A stretch of 64,000 bases of DNA, taken from assembly GCA_963850905.1 (NCBI GenBank), contig CAWKMU010000003.1, positions 672,001-736,000 on the forward strand. The letters run 5' to 3'. Positions 10,952-20,711 of this stretch are shown here, one piece after another. Source of the stretch: an uncultured Gemmatimonadales bacterium (GTDB lineage: Bacteria; Gemmatimonadota; Gemmatimonadetes; Gemmatimonadales; Gemmatimonadaceae). The notes below the pieces were generated by a model. That model was not told the origin of the DNA, did no database searches, and saw nothing but the letters and a program-made list of their open reading frames with translations. Position 1 is the first letter of the stretch; each line of letters starts with the position of its first letter. A program made the position numbers and the translations under genes.

Positions 10952-12382
10952 TCAGTTCGGTGACGCGGCGCCGTGTGCGTCGTTGGGGCTCGGCGCGATC
11001 GTTGACTGTGACGCGGCCGTGGGCGCAATCGGCAATACAAGCGGTGGGCGCGGGGCCTGCGAGAAGTCGAAGTCGTTCCGCAGGTCTCCCAGAACCGGGA
11101 CGAGCTCGCGCACAGTCGGGCGCGGATCCCAGCGGCCGTCCGTCGCTGGATCAAGCCGTTGCCCACTGAGGAACACATCCTCAATGAACTTGGCGTACGC
11201 ATCAAAACTCAAGATCTGATGATCGATGTAGCCGTGCCTTGCGTACGGGCTGATGACGAGCGCCGGCACTCGGAGCCCGTACCCATTGACGTCGACCAGT
11301 GGAGGCACGACGTGGTCGTAGAAGCCGCCCCAGTCATCCCAGGCGAGAAAGATGACGCTGGAATTCCAAGTCGGACTTTGCATCACCGCGTTGATGAGAC
11401 CCGTCACGTATGCTTGGCCCACGCTCACGCGCGCCGGCGGGTGCTCGCTCGAATCGTCGTTCGGCACGATCCAGGTCACAGCCGGGAGATTGTTGGCGCG
11501 CAAGTCGGCAAAGAAATGGTCGATGGTCTGGATGTTACCCAGTTCCCCGTCTCGCGCGACGGTGGTGAAGTACGGCAGGGGATTGAAGAAGCTCGCCCAC
11601 CCCGCCTTTTGGGGTTTCGCTGCGCACGTCATCGCGTCGTCGTCGCAGTCGGGCTGTGTGCCTTCCGAGACGTAATACTTCCAGCTCACGCCCGCCCGAT
11701 GGAGCAAGTACGTCAGATCCGTCCATGCGTAGGCTCCGCCGGGTGGTTGCACGATAGAGCCGGCTGGGCTCTCCAGCGCGTTCTGACAACTCGCGGAGTC
11801 ATTGAGAATGCTGCAGCGAGCCGACCACTCGGACACCATGAATAGGTGCGCGGGCAAGCTCCACGACGCATTGGGTTCGAACAGGTGATCCTGGAGCACG
11901 AAGTGCTGTGCATAGGACCAGTAGTTGGGGATCTCGTGGTTGTCGTGATAACCCATCACATCGGGTGGACCGGTCCCAGCGCACGATGGGTTGTACGGGT
12001 TGGCGCAACCGTGCTGCGCTTCCTCCTCTTGCGCGATGAACCCATCCATCCGACCACCATCAATGTCGCCTTGCGCATTACTGGCAGCGTGCGGTCCGCC
12101 GAGGTTGACATCAGCGCTGTCGTGGAATGGCCGCATGCACTGCCCCGTGGCCGGATTGGGCACGCACACGCTCGGTACGCCATTTTGCATCGGAATGCCA
12201 TCGGCGCCGGGATACGTGCCGAAATAATGATCGAACGAGCGATTCTCCTGCATGATCACGATCACATGCCGGATGACCTTGAAATCGTTCTGGGTCGAGC
12301 CCAAACCGCTGCCGGACGCGGCTCCGTTCGAGCACGCCGCGGCCGCGAGTGCGACGCCGATGAGCTTCATCGCTGCATTCAT
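10952..12382 (-). CDS. Phospholipase C / phosphoesterase family lipoprotein
   Basis: Lipobox-like [47 protein letters not shown]. Confidence 0.93.
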   Translation of the reverse strand: MNAAMKLIGVALAAAACSNGAASGSGLGSTQNDFKVIRHVIVIMQENRSFDHYFGTYPGADGIPMQNGVPSVCVPNPATGQCMRPFHDSADVNLGGPHAASNAQGDIDGGRMDGFIAQEEEAQHGCANPYNPSCAGTGPPDVMGYHDNHEIPNYWSYAQHFVLQDHLFEPNASWSLPAHLFMVSEWSARCSILNDSASCQNALESPAGSIVQPPGGAYAWTDLTYLLHRAGVSWKYYVSEGTQPDCDDDAMTCAAKPQKAGWASFFNPLPYFTTVARDGELGNIQTIDHFFADLRANNLPAVTWIVPNDDSSEHPPARVSVGQAYVTGLINAVMQSPTWNSSVIFLAWDDWGGFYDHVVPPLVDVNGYGLRVPALVISPYARHGYIDHQILSFDAYAKFIEDVFLSGQRLDPATDGRWDPRPTVRELVPVLGDLRNDFDFSQAPRPPLVLPIAPTAASQSTIAPSPNDAHGAASPN

Positions 12383-12409
12383 ATGGTCGCACGCGCCAGC
12401 AGGCCGCTG

Positions 12410-13450
12410 CTAGCCCGCGTCCGGTCCGTGAGCTATGGCGACCGTGGGCCGCGTGGTGTCTGAGGGGAGAGCGACCGACGAAGTGAGCGACCGGTTGGGC
12501 ATTGCGTCCGACAGCGCGCCCAGATCGTAGCCGATCGCCGCGACCCGCCGCTTCGTCTCCGAATCCAGCTCGCCGATGAACCTTCTGAATTGCGGCACGG
12601 CTTCCACGACGGCCAGGTGGCCATATGGCTTGGATCTCGGACGATCGAGCGCGAGGCGGCCGACATCGACCTCAGCCGACATCACGTCGGCGATCTTCGC
12701 GAACTCTCTGTTCGGATCGATCGCGAAGTCCTCGAGTCGCAATGACAGCGTTGCGGATTGGATAAAGAGCTCGGTCTCCTCGACGAATTCCTGGAACGAG
12801 AGAAATGGCGTCCCCGGGCACGTGGCAAAAAACGCAGGCTCGCCACCGGCAAAGGCCTCGAGCTCCGAGAAATTCCGCTCGACATCGGCACAGAGATCGC
12901 CACTGCTGCCATACACCGACGAGATACCGGAAATCATTCTCCTGTCCCGCATGTACGTGCGCCACCAAACCCAATTCGTCAACAACGAATCGAGGGGATG
13001 CCGATAGATGAAGATCAAGTCGGCAGATCTCGATCTCACCGCCTTCAGGATCACACTCGTCACCGCCGGCACTGCCTGCGCGCGGGAGATGTGCTTGATG
13101 GTGGCGTGCCCGCTGTAAATCATGGACGTCGGGCTTGGGCGAAAGCGGATCGCATGCCGGAAGTACTTCGCCCGTGGTCCGATGTGCTGCTGCAGCAGCG
13201 CGTTGATGTAGAACCGCCCAGTGCCGAACAGCCCGATCACGTACGCTGTCCGGTCCCTCCCCGGACTGCGGACTTTCCAATACCAATTCGAGTCCGCCAA
13301 ATAGGACTGCACCCGCTGTAATTGCTCGCGGGGTGGCTTGCGCACGAACCTCGCGCACTTCTGGAGGACCTGCGTCCGACTCGGCTGGAACAGCGCTCTC
13401 ACCTGTCCGTCGTGGTCGACCCACGAGAGCCTCTGCTTCGGCGAGCGCAT
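12410..13450 (-). CDS. Putative sulfotransferase-fold protein
   Basis: VIGLFGTG (5'-PSB-like), IFIYRHPLDSLL (3'-PB-like), LRLEDFAIDP; start uncertain. Confidence 0.6.
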   Translation of the reverse strand: MRSPKQRLSWVDHDGQVRALFQPSRTQVLQKCARFVRKPPREQLQRVQSYLADSNWYWKVRSPGRDRTAYVIGLFGTGRFYINALLQQHIGPRAKYFRHAIRFRPSPTSMIYSGHATIKHISRAQAVPAVTSVILKAVRSRSADLIFIYRHPLDSLLTNWVWWRTYMRDRRMISGISSVYGSSGDLCADVERNFSELEAFAGGEPAFFATCPGTPFLSFQEFVEETELFIQSATLSLRLEDFAIDPNREFAKIADVMSAEVDVGRLALDRPRSKPYGHLAVVEAVPQFRRFIGELDSETKRRVAAIGYDLGALSDAMPNRSLTSSVALPSDTTRPTVAIAHGPDAG

Positions 13451-13900
13451 GACCGGATTCTCCTGCGTCCACCCCGACGCGCCTGGGACTCGGTCTGCTG
13501 GCCAAACGGCCAGGCGGACCCGTGACGAGCGGTGCCGCGCAGTCACAACATCGCCGCGACCAAGGCTCAGAGAAGCAGTCTGAGATGCTCGGCGCGTTGC
13601 GAACCCGGAGCCGAACGAGCGCAAGCATTAGGCCACCGCAGCAGAAACTCGACGCGGGGAGGCTCCGGACCCGCCGGAAGACCACGGCGCCGACGCCGCT
13701 GATCGGTTGCCCTTCACGCAAACGCAGCGCGACCCTACAGGCAAGCTCGTCGACACGTGCCGCTATCGCACGCGCACGTGGCGATCGGGCATCGCTGCCA
13801 CGGTGGCCGCGTTCGAATCAACTCGCAACCAATACGGCCCGACCAGGTTCGATTCCGGCCGCTTCGCCTATTCGACCGACGATTGGGGGTCGACCCCAGC

Positions 13901-13924
13901 GGGCGACGCAGGCGTCGCCGCTAC
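13901..13924 (-). repeat. REP element; a degenerate GGAG copy lies at about 14035-14056
   Basis: Reverse complement GTAGCGGCGACGCCTGCGTCGCCC. Confidence 0.8.
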
Positions 13925-14336
13925 ATGACGCCGGGAATGGCGACATCACGGCGGCAATGGCCTTACGTGTTGACCGCCACGTCACGGCGGCCAGGCTATG
14001 GTCGGAGGCGACTGCTGGGATGTCTGTCAACGGCGAGACGCCTGCGTCGCCCCCTCCGGCGCCATGCGCAACGAATGCCATTCGCCGGTTCGATTACGGC
14101 CCGCGCCTGTTCGACCCACGACTGCGGTGATCGGTCCAAGACGGCGAGGCAGGTGGTCCTGCGGCAAGTTCTCTGACTCAAATCCCGTGGCGAGAGTTGT
14201 ACATATACAGAGCGTTTCCTTCGCCGTCCTGAAAAGCGGCGCGCCACATTGGTACCATCTCGTCCGCAAAATGGCACTTGTGCGAATGCGCTGACTGGCC
14301 TAGCGTCGTTTCAATCATGCCCTCCAAGGGGGAGCT

Positions 14337-14723
14337 ATGGCCGTCGTGACGATTTTCGTCTCGAATATGGACCGCGCCGTTCAGTTCTACACGGGCATTC
14401 TCGGCATGAAATTGATGTATCGGTTCGGCGACGAATGGACGACGCTCAAGACTGACAATGGGCTGACCGTCGGTTTGCACCCCGCCTCGAAAGACTCGCC
14501 CGCCGGGATACGGGGTTCAATCACGATCGGTTTCGAGGTGTCCGAGCCCATCCAGCAAGCCGTAACGGGGATGCAGGCCAAGGGTGTGAAGTTCGTAGGC
14601 CCGATCGGAGACGACGAGCAGATCAAGGCAGCCCATTTCCAGGACCCAAATGGCAACGAGATGTATGTTGTCGAAGTGAAGCCAGAGTGGAAAGACTACG
14701 ACAAGATGCAGACCGCCGTGTAG
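14337..14723 (+). CDS. VOC/glyoxalase family protein
   Basis: GGGGAG RBS; IFVSNMDRAVQFY, FQDPNGNEMYVVE. Confidence 0.9.
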   Translation: MAVVTIFVSNMDRAVQFYTGILGMKLMYRFGDEWTTLKTDNGLTVGLHPASKDSPAGIRGSITIGFEVSEPIQQAVTGMQAKGVKFVGPIGDDEQIKAAHFQDPNGNEMYVVEVKPEWKDYDKMQTAV

Positions 14724-14746
14724 TTCACGCGCGTCGTTAGTCTGGA

Positions 14747-14879
14747 AGGAGAAAGGAGAAAGGTGACCGAGGAGCGCGGCCGGGTGGCGCACAGACCATC
14801 CACGCCGCCCAATGTCCGTCTCTCCTTTCTCCTTTCTGTGTCGCTCCTTTCTATTTCGGCCCGCTGTGCGGGCCGAAAT
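14747..14879. repeat. Heptamer-hairpin element, inverted doublet (AAAGGAG / CTCCTTT)
   Basis: AAGGAGAAAGGAGAAAGG ... CTCCTTTCTCCTTTCT-N6-CTCCTTTCT + ATTTCGGCCCGC-TGT-GCGGGCCGAAAT. Confidence 0.8.
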
Positions 14880-14881
14880 CG

Positions 14882-16072
14882 CTACGGACTCGACGGGAAG
14901 TTCACGACTTCATTCTCCAGCGGGATCTCGTTCACGTGCGCCTCGGCCGGTCCCTTGGCGTCCGCCGGCTTCCACCCGTCGCCACGACCAACCACCTCGA
15001 ACGCTGACATCGCATAGGGCAGCCCTTCCGCCCCTAACGGCGAATTGCCATCCTCGACGTGAAAATGCAAGTGCGGCTCCGTCGAGTTACCTGAATTCCC
15101 GACGAGCCCGAGTACCTGCCCGCGCCGGACCTTGTCCCCGAGCTTCACGCGCAAAGATCCCGGCTGTAGGTGCGCGTAGAATGCGTAGTGGCCGCCTCCA
15201 ATATCGAGAATCACATGGTTCCCGCCGACCGTCTCGAGCGTGATCGGGACGGCCCGCGAATTCTCGCCAGGAATGTTTTGCGGAATGCCGTCCTTCACTT
15301 CCGTGACCACACCGTCCGCCACTGCGAGCGCATCGCTGCCATATGCGTAATAGCTCTTGTTGTCCTTCTCATCACCGTGAAACGTCTTGCCATCGTCGCG
15401 CAGCCTCACCCAATCGATCGCCATGCGCTGTGAGATCGTGGCGTGTCCGTCAATCGGAATCAGCGCCCGCCGATGACCCGAGGTGTTGGACGGCCCGTTG
15501 GCTGCTTGCCAGTGATCGCCTTGCAACGGCGGACCGATCGTCACGGCCTCTCGCCCGACCGGAGTGAGTCCGGTTTGCAGAGTGATCTCCTCTGGATAGG
15601 TGCCGATCTTGAAGGTCAACCGCTGCCGGATCGCCTGTGGCACCGCATCGGCCGAAGCCACCGTCGCCCAGATGTAGACGACGGCCATCGAGCCGGGACC
15701 CAGTGCCGTTTTCTCCACGACTGCAGGCTGACCCGGCCGCCCAACCGCCGAATCCAGACCCGCCCCCGTGTACGCCACGAGCGAGTGGCTGGTCGAGTCA
15801 GCGGACACCACTTCCACTTTCGTTAACCGATACGGCCACCGGTCCATGTTGTTCAGGTGGAGCTCATAGACCACGTGCCATTTCCCATCCGCCCGGAATG
15901 CGGTTGGCGCAATGGGCACACGCACATCCACCGCCGCCACGATCGGCTTTGTCTTTGGACCCTCCGCCGTCTTGGGCGCGGCTTTGCCGCCTTGCGCCAG
16001 CGCGGCGACAGGTGCAATCAGCAGCGCGGCCAACACGCCGCGAGACACGCGCACCCAACTTAGACCTGCCAT
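14882..16072 (-). CDS. M23 family metallopeptidase, secreted
   Basis: Signal peptide; GGNHVILD, YAHLQPGS, GNSGNSTEPHLHFH. Confidence 0.93.
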   Translation of the reverse strand: MAGLSWVRVSRGVLAALLIAPVAALAQGGKAAPKTAEGPKTKPIVAAVDVRVPIAPTAFRADGKWHVVYELHLNNMDRWPYRLTKVEVVSADSTSHSLVAYTGAGLDSAVGRPGQPAVVEKTALGPGSMAVVYIWATVASADAVPQAIRQRLTFKIGTYPEEITLQTGLTPVGREAVTIGPPLQGDHWQAANGPSNTSGHRRALIPIDGHATISQRMAIDWVRLRDDGKTFHGDEKDNKSYYAYGSDALAVADGVVTEVKDGIPQNIPGENSRAVPITLETVGGNHVILDIGGGHYAFYAHLQPGSLRVKLGDKVRRGQVLGLVGNSGNSTEPHLHFHVEDGNSPLGAEGLPYAMSAFEVVGRGDGWKPADAKGPAEAHVNEIPLENEVVNFPSSP

Positions 16073-16099
16073 GACTAGCCTCCGGCCGTTGTCAGCTGG

Positions 16100-16505
16100 C
16101 TATTTCTTGTTTTCGATTTGGGTGATCCGCGCCTTGACGATCTTCCGAATGAGCGCCGCGGGTAACGGTCTGTTCAGAGGGAATTGGATGGTGCCTTTGG
16201 CGACGGCGAACCGCTGCAGGTCGTGCCGAAACGCATCAATGATCGCGCGAGTGGGGAACAAGCTGCAATGATCCGAGAATGCCGCGAACCACACCACAAT
16301 TCTCTTGTACTTGAACGCCGGCAAGCGATAGCTGATCGTTTCGGTCGCCTCCGGGGGGACGGCAGATCGAATGGCCGCGCGAACCTTGGTCAGGGTGGTG
16401 CGCGCTGGTTCCGGAACGCGCGCCAAATACTCATCAATGTCGCGCGGCGGCGGACGGCGACCGGGTGTCGCCGGTGTGCGCTTTGATCTGTCCGGTCTTT
16501 GTCAT
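16100..16505 (-). CDS. YdhG/DUF1801 family protein, +1 frameshift in the first codons
   Basis: AGGAGG RBS and ATG at 16505; DIDEYLA..ATETISYRLPAF..KGTIQFP; removing one A from ATGACAAAG restores the frame. Confidence 0.8.
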
Positions 16506-16542
16506 GATCGCGAGCCTCCTGCAAGCGCCTCAATGTTCAACT

Positions 16543-16699
16543 GCTGGACGAGAGACGCTAGGCGTGGGACGCGAGACGCTAAGAGACACCTCGAGGCCAG
16601 CCAAGGTGCATGTGTCTGGCCTCGAGGTTGGTCTTTAGCGTCCAGCGTCTAGCGTCCAGCGTCCAGCGTCCAGCGTCCAGCGTCCAGCGTCCAGCGTCT
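16543..16699. repeat. AGCGTCY heptamer inverted array around a core hairpin
   Basis: Degenerate GCTGGAC array, ACCTCGAGGCCAG/CTGGCCTCGAGGT stem (16588-16628), 9x AGCGTC(C/T) at 16637-16699. Confidence 0.9.
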
Positions 16700-16703
16700 A
16701 ACC

Positions 16704-16970
16704 TCACTCGAGCCGCCTCCGCGCGATGCTCACACCGACACCCGTGCGCTCAATCCACCACCGCATCGTGCGGCCGATGATCGCGCCGGCTGACTGCTCG
16801 TTATACCACGGGCCGATTTCATAGACGCCGGCTCGGCCGCCGTCCACATGGCACCGAAGGGCCAAGCCGGCCGGCCCGTCGATCGGTCGCGGAACGGTGA
16901 ACCGGTGACCATCGTCCACCGAAAAGGTGACCGGCCAGGCGATCCCTCGGACGCGGTTGTAGCCCGGCAT
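16704..16970 (-). CDS. Hypothetical protein
   Basis: Short ORF with plausible composition; no motif recognised. Confidence 0.3.
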   Translation of the reverse strand: MPGYNRVRGIAWPVTFSVDDGHRFTVPRPIDGPAGLALRCHVDGGRAGVYEIGPWYNEQSAGAIIGRTMRWWIERTGVGVSIARRRLE

Positions 16971-17174
16971 ACGTACGATGAGACGTCGTGGGCCCGTGCC
17001 CGGCAAGCCCCGGAGTGATCGTCCGAAGCTACGCTCCTCGGCCGAACAGCGCCAAGGACACCGCGCTCAGCCGTGGCAACCGTGTACAATTGAGAGGAAG
17101 GTTGTGATTGGACATGCCCGCCCGGCTGGCGCACGTCCGGTCACCCGGTGCGCTTCTCCACGTGAGGGTGGGTC

Positions 17175-17363
17175 ATGCCCCGATCCTACGACGAGTACAA
17201 ATACACTCCGCTGTGGCGAGCACTCGCCAGTGCAGTGAAAGAACTCGAGGCGAACGGGGAGCTCAAGATCGAAACCGCCCCCGAATACGTGATCGGCTAC
17301 CTCTACCAAGAGCTCGTCGCGAAAGCGGTCGTCGCCTCGGACTCATCCACGCCCGACCGATAG
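17175..17363 (+). CDS. Small hypothetical protein
   Basis: GAGGG RBS; GC3-biased codons; TPLWRALASAVKELEANGELKIETAPEYVIGYL. Confidence 0.7.
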   Translation: MPRSYDEYKYTPLWRALASAVKELEANGELKIETAPEYVIGYLYQELVAKAVVASDSSTPDR

Positions 17364-17418
17364 GCTGCTGGCACGCCCGTAGGCGGGTCCGCCGCATCGG
17401 TGTGCACAACCACCAGGG

Positions 17419-18306
17419 CTAGATCTCGTTGTCACTCGGTTTCCGAGCCCGCACGAACGCGCTCAGGATTCGCCCGGACACCTCTCGCGCGACGACATCA
17501 GCGTCCAGCCCGACGCTCGCGAGAAAGGCCCGCGCGTCGTCGATGTCATAGACGCGAGTTGGCTCGATAGAAGGATCGACGAACCCCGCGTCGCACAGGA
17601 TCGACAGAAACTCGTCCTCGCGCAGCGCGCCGGCGATGCATCCGACCCAGAGCTCGAGACTCTGCCGGACGGCATCGGGCATCTCGCCCCGCACGACCAC
17701 GTCAGAGACGGCGAACCGCCCACCGGGCTTCAACACGCGGAAAGCTTCGGTCAGCACACGCCGTTTGTCGCCCGAGAGGTTGATCACGCAGTTCGAGATG
17801 ATGACGTCGACTGACGCGTCAGGCAGTGGAATCGCTTCGATCTGCCCCTTCAGAAACTCGACATTGGCGGCGCCCGCGCGGGCCGCATTCTCTCGCGCCA
17901 GCGCGAGCATCTCGTCGGTCATGTCGAGGCCGTACGCCTTCCCGGTCGGTCCCACGCGCTTGGCCGACAGCAAGACGTCAATCCCTCCGCCCGAGCCGAG
18001 GTCGAGCACGATCTCGCCCGGCGCAAGCGTCGCGAGCGCGGTGGGATTCCCGCAACCCAGCGAGGCGAGCACCGCTTCCTGCGGAAGAGTCGCAGTCTCG
18101 GTCTCCGCGTACAGGTTCGACGTGATGGGATCGAGGTCCGGGCCCGGCGACTCGGAGGCCGAAGCGCCGCAGCACGTCGGCCCGCAGCAGCTCGCCCGCT
18201 CCCCGGCGGCCACCTGCAAAGCGGCGCGCCCGTACTTCTCTCGGACAACGCCACTGACATCTCCCGCGGCCGTTGCCGCTGTGGTCTCACTTTCGCCCGA
18301 TCTCAT
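17419..18306 (-). CDS. arsM: Arsenite S-adenosylmethyltransferase
   Basis: [58 protein letters not shown]. Confidence 0.93.
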   Translation of the reverse strand: MRSGESETTAATAAGDVSGVVREKYGRAALQVAAGERASCCGPTCCGASASESPGPDLDPITSNLYAETETATLPQEAVLASLGCGNPTALATLAPGEIVLDLGSGGGIDVLLSAKRVGPTGKAYGLDMTDEMLALARENAARAGAANVEFLKGQIEAIPLPDASVDVIISNCVINLSGDKRRVLTEAFRVLKPGGRFAVSDVVVRGEMPDAVRQSLELWVGCIAGALREDEFLSILCDAGFVDPSIEPTRVYDIDDARAFLASVGLDADVVAREVSGRILSAFVRARKPSDNEI

Positions 18307-18321
18307 AACCACCTCCATCGT

Positions 18322-18446
18322 ATAAAGACTTCTTGATGGGTCAGCCGCAAGAAAGGCCAGCTGCCCGCACCGTGGCCAACCCTCGCGTTAGTTCTCCAGC
18401 GTCCAGCGTCCATTACCCCAAAATACATCAACACCCATTGATGTAT
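18322..18446. promoter_or_regulatory. Two ArsR-type ATCAA-N6-TTGAT operator boxes upstream of arsM
   Basis: ATACATCAA-CACCCA-TTGATGTAT (18423-18446, perfect 9-6-9) and ATAAA-GACTTC-TTGAT (18322-18337). Confidence 0.7.
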
Positions 18447-18506
18447 CAAGGACGAGGGCCATTGCCCCCGGGCTCGCCCCCGAGCACGTACGGTGGACCG
18501 ATCGCG

Positions 18507-20585
18507 CTACGGCTGATGCGCCGTCGCGTCGGTCGTCGCGAAAGACTGGGTCACGAGCGAGCTCACACGGCACGACCCGATCATCGCCGGCTCGAAACGC
18601 AGCGCCGGGAGCATCTGGAGGACGTGCGTCTGCGACTCGGCAGCCAGCGAGCCCGGCACTCGTTCAGCCATCACGAACTGCGCAGTGCCGTTCGCGACCT
18701 GGCCAGTCGAGTCGACGACCATCGTGACCGTAATGCTGTCGCGGGCGCCACCACCCTTGTGGTCCGCTCGCGGCCCGCCGGACACGAGCTGCGCCGGCCG
18801 CGACAGTCGCCAGACGGGGACCTCGAGTTGACCCAGCACCGCCCCCTGCCCACCAGATGAGGGTTCGGCCCCTTCAATGACCAGGTACAGCTGGATCGAG
18901 TCCGACGGAGCCTGCTGGCCCGCGACCCGTGGGAACGCATGGGCTGCCGCGGCCTGCTCGATCATGGCCATCGCGCTCGTATCCGTGGCTCCGGACAACG
19001 TGGAGGCCGCGACGTGTACATCCACGATCGCACCGGTCGTGTCGAGCGTAAGCGACAGCACCGTGGAAAGCAGCGGAGCGACGTCGAGTCGGCCACGCAA
19101 TTTGCCCATTGGGATGCCCTGCGCAGCGCCGAGCGTCGCGGGAAGCCCAAACGTCGGCAAGAGCGCCTCGCTCGGCAGATCGGACTCACGCGCAAGTCCC
19201 GCCAGCATCTGGTCTCGATACACAGACCACGCCGAGTCGGACATGGCACGCGGAGTCGCGCCCTGGACGCCCGCGTACACGAGCAACGCCATGGTGTCCG
19301 CCGCACCCGGTGGGTTGCACGAGCCGTGCGCGAACGCCGCGACACCCTTGGTAATGTCGTGCGGGGCCGTCGTCTGCGCGGAGGCGGCAGGCGCTGCGTC
19401 GGGGTTTGTCTCGGAAAGCCCCAAGCGTGATCGGGTCCACACCATGACGAGGCCACACGGCTGCCGCGGGAGGGTGCTGGTTGGGGCTGGGGTCCCTTGT
19501 GTGGTCGCCTGGCCCTGATTGGCACCACTCTCCTGAGTGTTGGGCTGGGCGCGGTCTGGCGGCGTCGGCAACGCCGTGTTGTCTTCCATCCCCCCAAAAC
19601 CGGCTGGCCGTTCCGCCGCGCTGTAGACCTCCACAGCGCCGACCTGCGAGACATCGATCAGGTTGTCGGGCGACTCGCCGCCCTGTTGCTCGTTGGTTTG
19701 GCGGCTACCCGCCATCTGCTGTTGCGGACTGCCATCCACCACGTAGGACACACAACTCCCCGCGCCCTCCGCACCGCTGATGCCCATCCCGGGTGTGTGC
19801 GATTGCAGCGGACCCTGCGACATCATGAGGCCGCGCATCCCCTGCAGCAACTGCGTGAAACTCGACGGGCGCTTGCGCTGGATCTGTGCGTAGGTCAGGA
19901 ACTGGCCGACGCCCGCGCGCCTGCGCTGATCAAATCCGACACTCGAATACGCGGCTCGCTCCTCGGCCGTCGTGACGACCCGCGGCAAAATCGGGACGAA
20001 CGGCACCATCGTAATCGTCAGCGCTTGCGTCGCGCCAGCTGCGAGAGTCACCGCGAAACGTTTCTCTCCAAGGCCCAGTCCGCGCGCGCCCACCATGTAC
20101 GCCCCCGCCTTGGGCACGTGCAGGACGAACCCGCCATCGTCACGCGTCACCGCACTGTCGGATGTGCCGTAGAGGGAGATCAATACATGCGCGATGGGCG
20201 CGCCATCCGGCCGAACCGCGCGTCCCGCGAGCGTGATCGCTGTCCCAGAGCCAGCCGATCCGGACTGCGCGTAGCCGCGGGACGCGCCTGACACGACGCA
20301 CAGCGCGACCAAAGCAGCCCGAGCCACCCGCTGGCCGCGGGACCGCCGGACGGACGCCCGCGCCGCTGACGGCGGCGCGACACAACGGCTCGCTGGCCGA
20401 ACGGTCGCCTCTGATCTGGAAATGGGCCCGGCTCCCTTGCTCGGATGTACTAGTAGCCTCGCACCCGGACCAAGCCCTGGCAACGGGCGAGTGTTCGCGG
20501 GATGTACACGATGGTTTTGGGTAGAATCTGTGGCAGCCGTACCGCGTCCGCCACGCGCGCCTATTCTCTGGCCGCAGCCCGCCAC
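18507..20585 (-). CDS. Secreted protein with carboxypeptidase-regulatory-like, plug-like and TonB-C-like domains (true start probably about 20330-20405)
   Basis: LAGRAVRPDGAPI..TRDDGGFVL; GFDQRRRAGVGQFLT..YVVDG..AVEVY..CGLVMVWTR; VVDSTGQV..LRFEPA. Confidence 0.7.
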   Translation of the reverse strand: MAGCGQRIGARGGRGTAATDSTQNHRVHPANTRPLPGLGPGARLLVHPSKGAGPISRSEATVRPASRCVAPPSAARASVRRSRGQRVARAALVALCVVSGASRGYAQSGSAGSGTAITLAGRAVRPDGAPIAHVLISLYGTSDSAVTRDDGGFVLHVPKAGAYMVGARGLGLGEKRFAVTLAAGATQALTITMVPFVPILPRVVTTAEERAAYSSVGFDQRRRAGVGQFLTYAQIQRKRPSSFTQLLQGMRGLMMSQGPLQSHTPGMGISGAEGAGSCVSYVVDGSPQQQMAGSRQTNEQQGGESPDNLIDVSQVGAVEVYSAAERPAGFGGMEDNTALPTPPDRAQPNTQESGANQGQATTQGTPAPTSTLPRQPCGLVMVWTRSRLGLSETNPDAAPAASAQTTAPHDITKGVAAFAHGSCNPPGAADTMALLVYAGVQGATPRAMSDSAWSVYRDQMLAGLARESDLPSEALLPTFGLPATLGAAQGIPMGKLRGRLDVAPLLSTVLSLTLDTTGAIVDVHVAASTLSGATDTSAMAMIEQAAAAHAFPRVAGQQAPSDSIQLYLVIEGAEPSSGGQGAVLGQLEVPVWRLSRPAQLVSGGPRADHKGGGARDSITVTMVVDSTGQVANGTAQFVMAERVPGSLAAESQTHVLQMLPALRFEPAMIGSCRVSSLVTQSFATTDATAHQP

Positions 20586-20711
20586 GGTGGGATGACCTCA
20601 CCCCTGGGTCGGCGCCTCTGACGAAACCGGTTCTTGCCGACGGGTGTCAGAACCTCGACGACCCGGCGTGAGTGGACCTGCGCTCCTCTCGTACAGACTG
20701 GAGGCCTTTCG

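Noticed and set aside
14818..14879. Simple Rho-independent terminator call for heptamer-hairpins
   Set aside because: No U-tract 3' of the stem on either strand, and several copies precede start codons; a termination role between convergent genes is not excluded.
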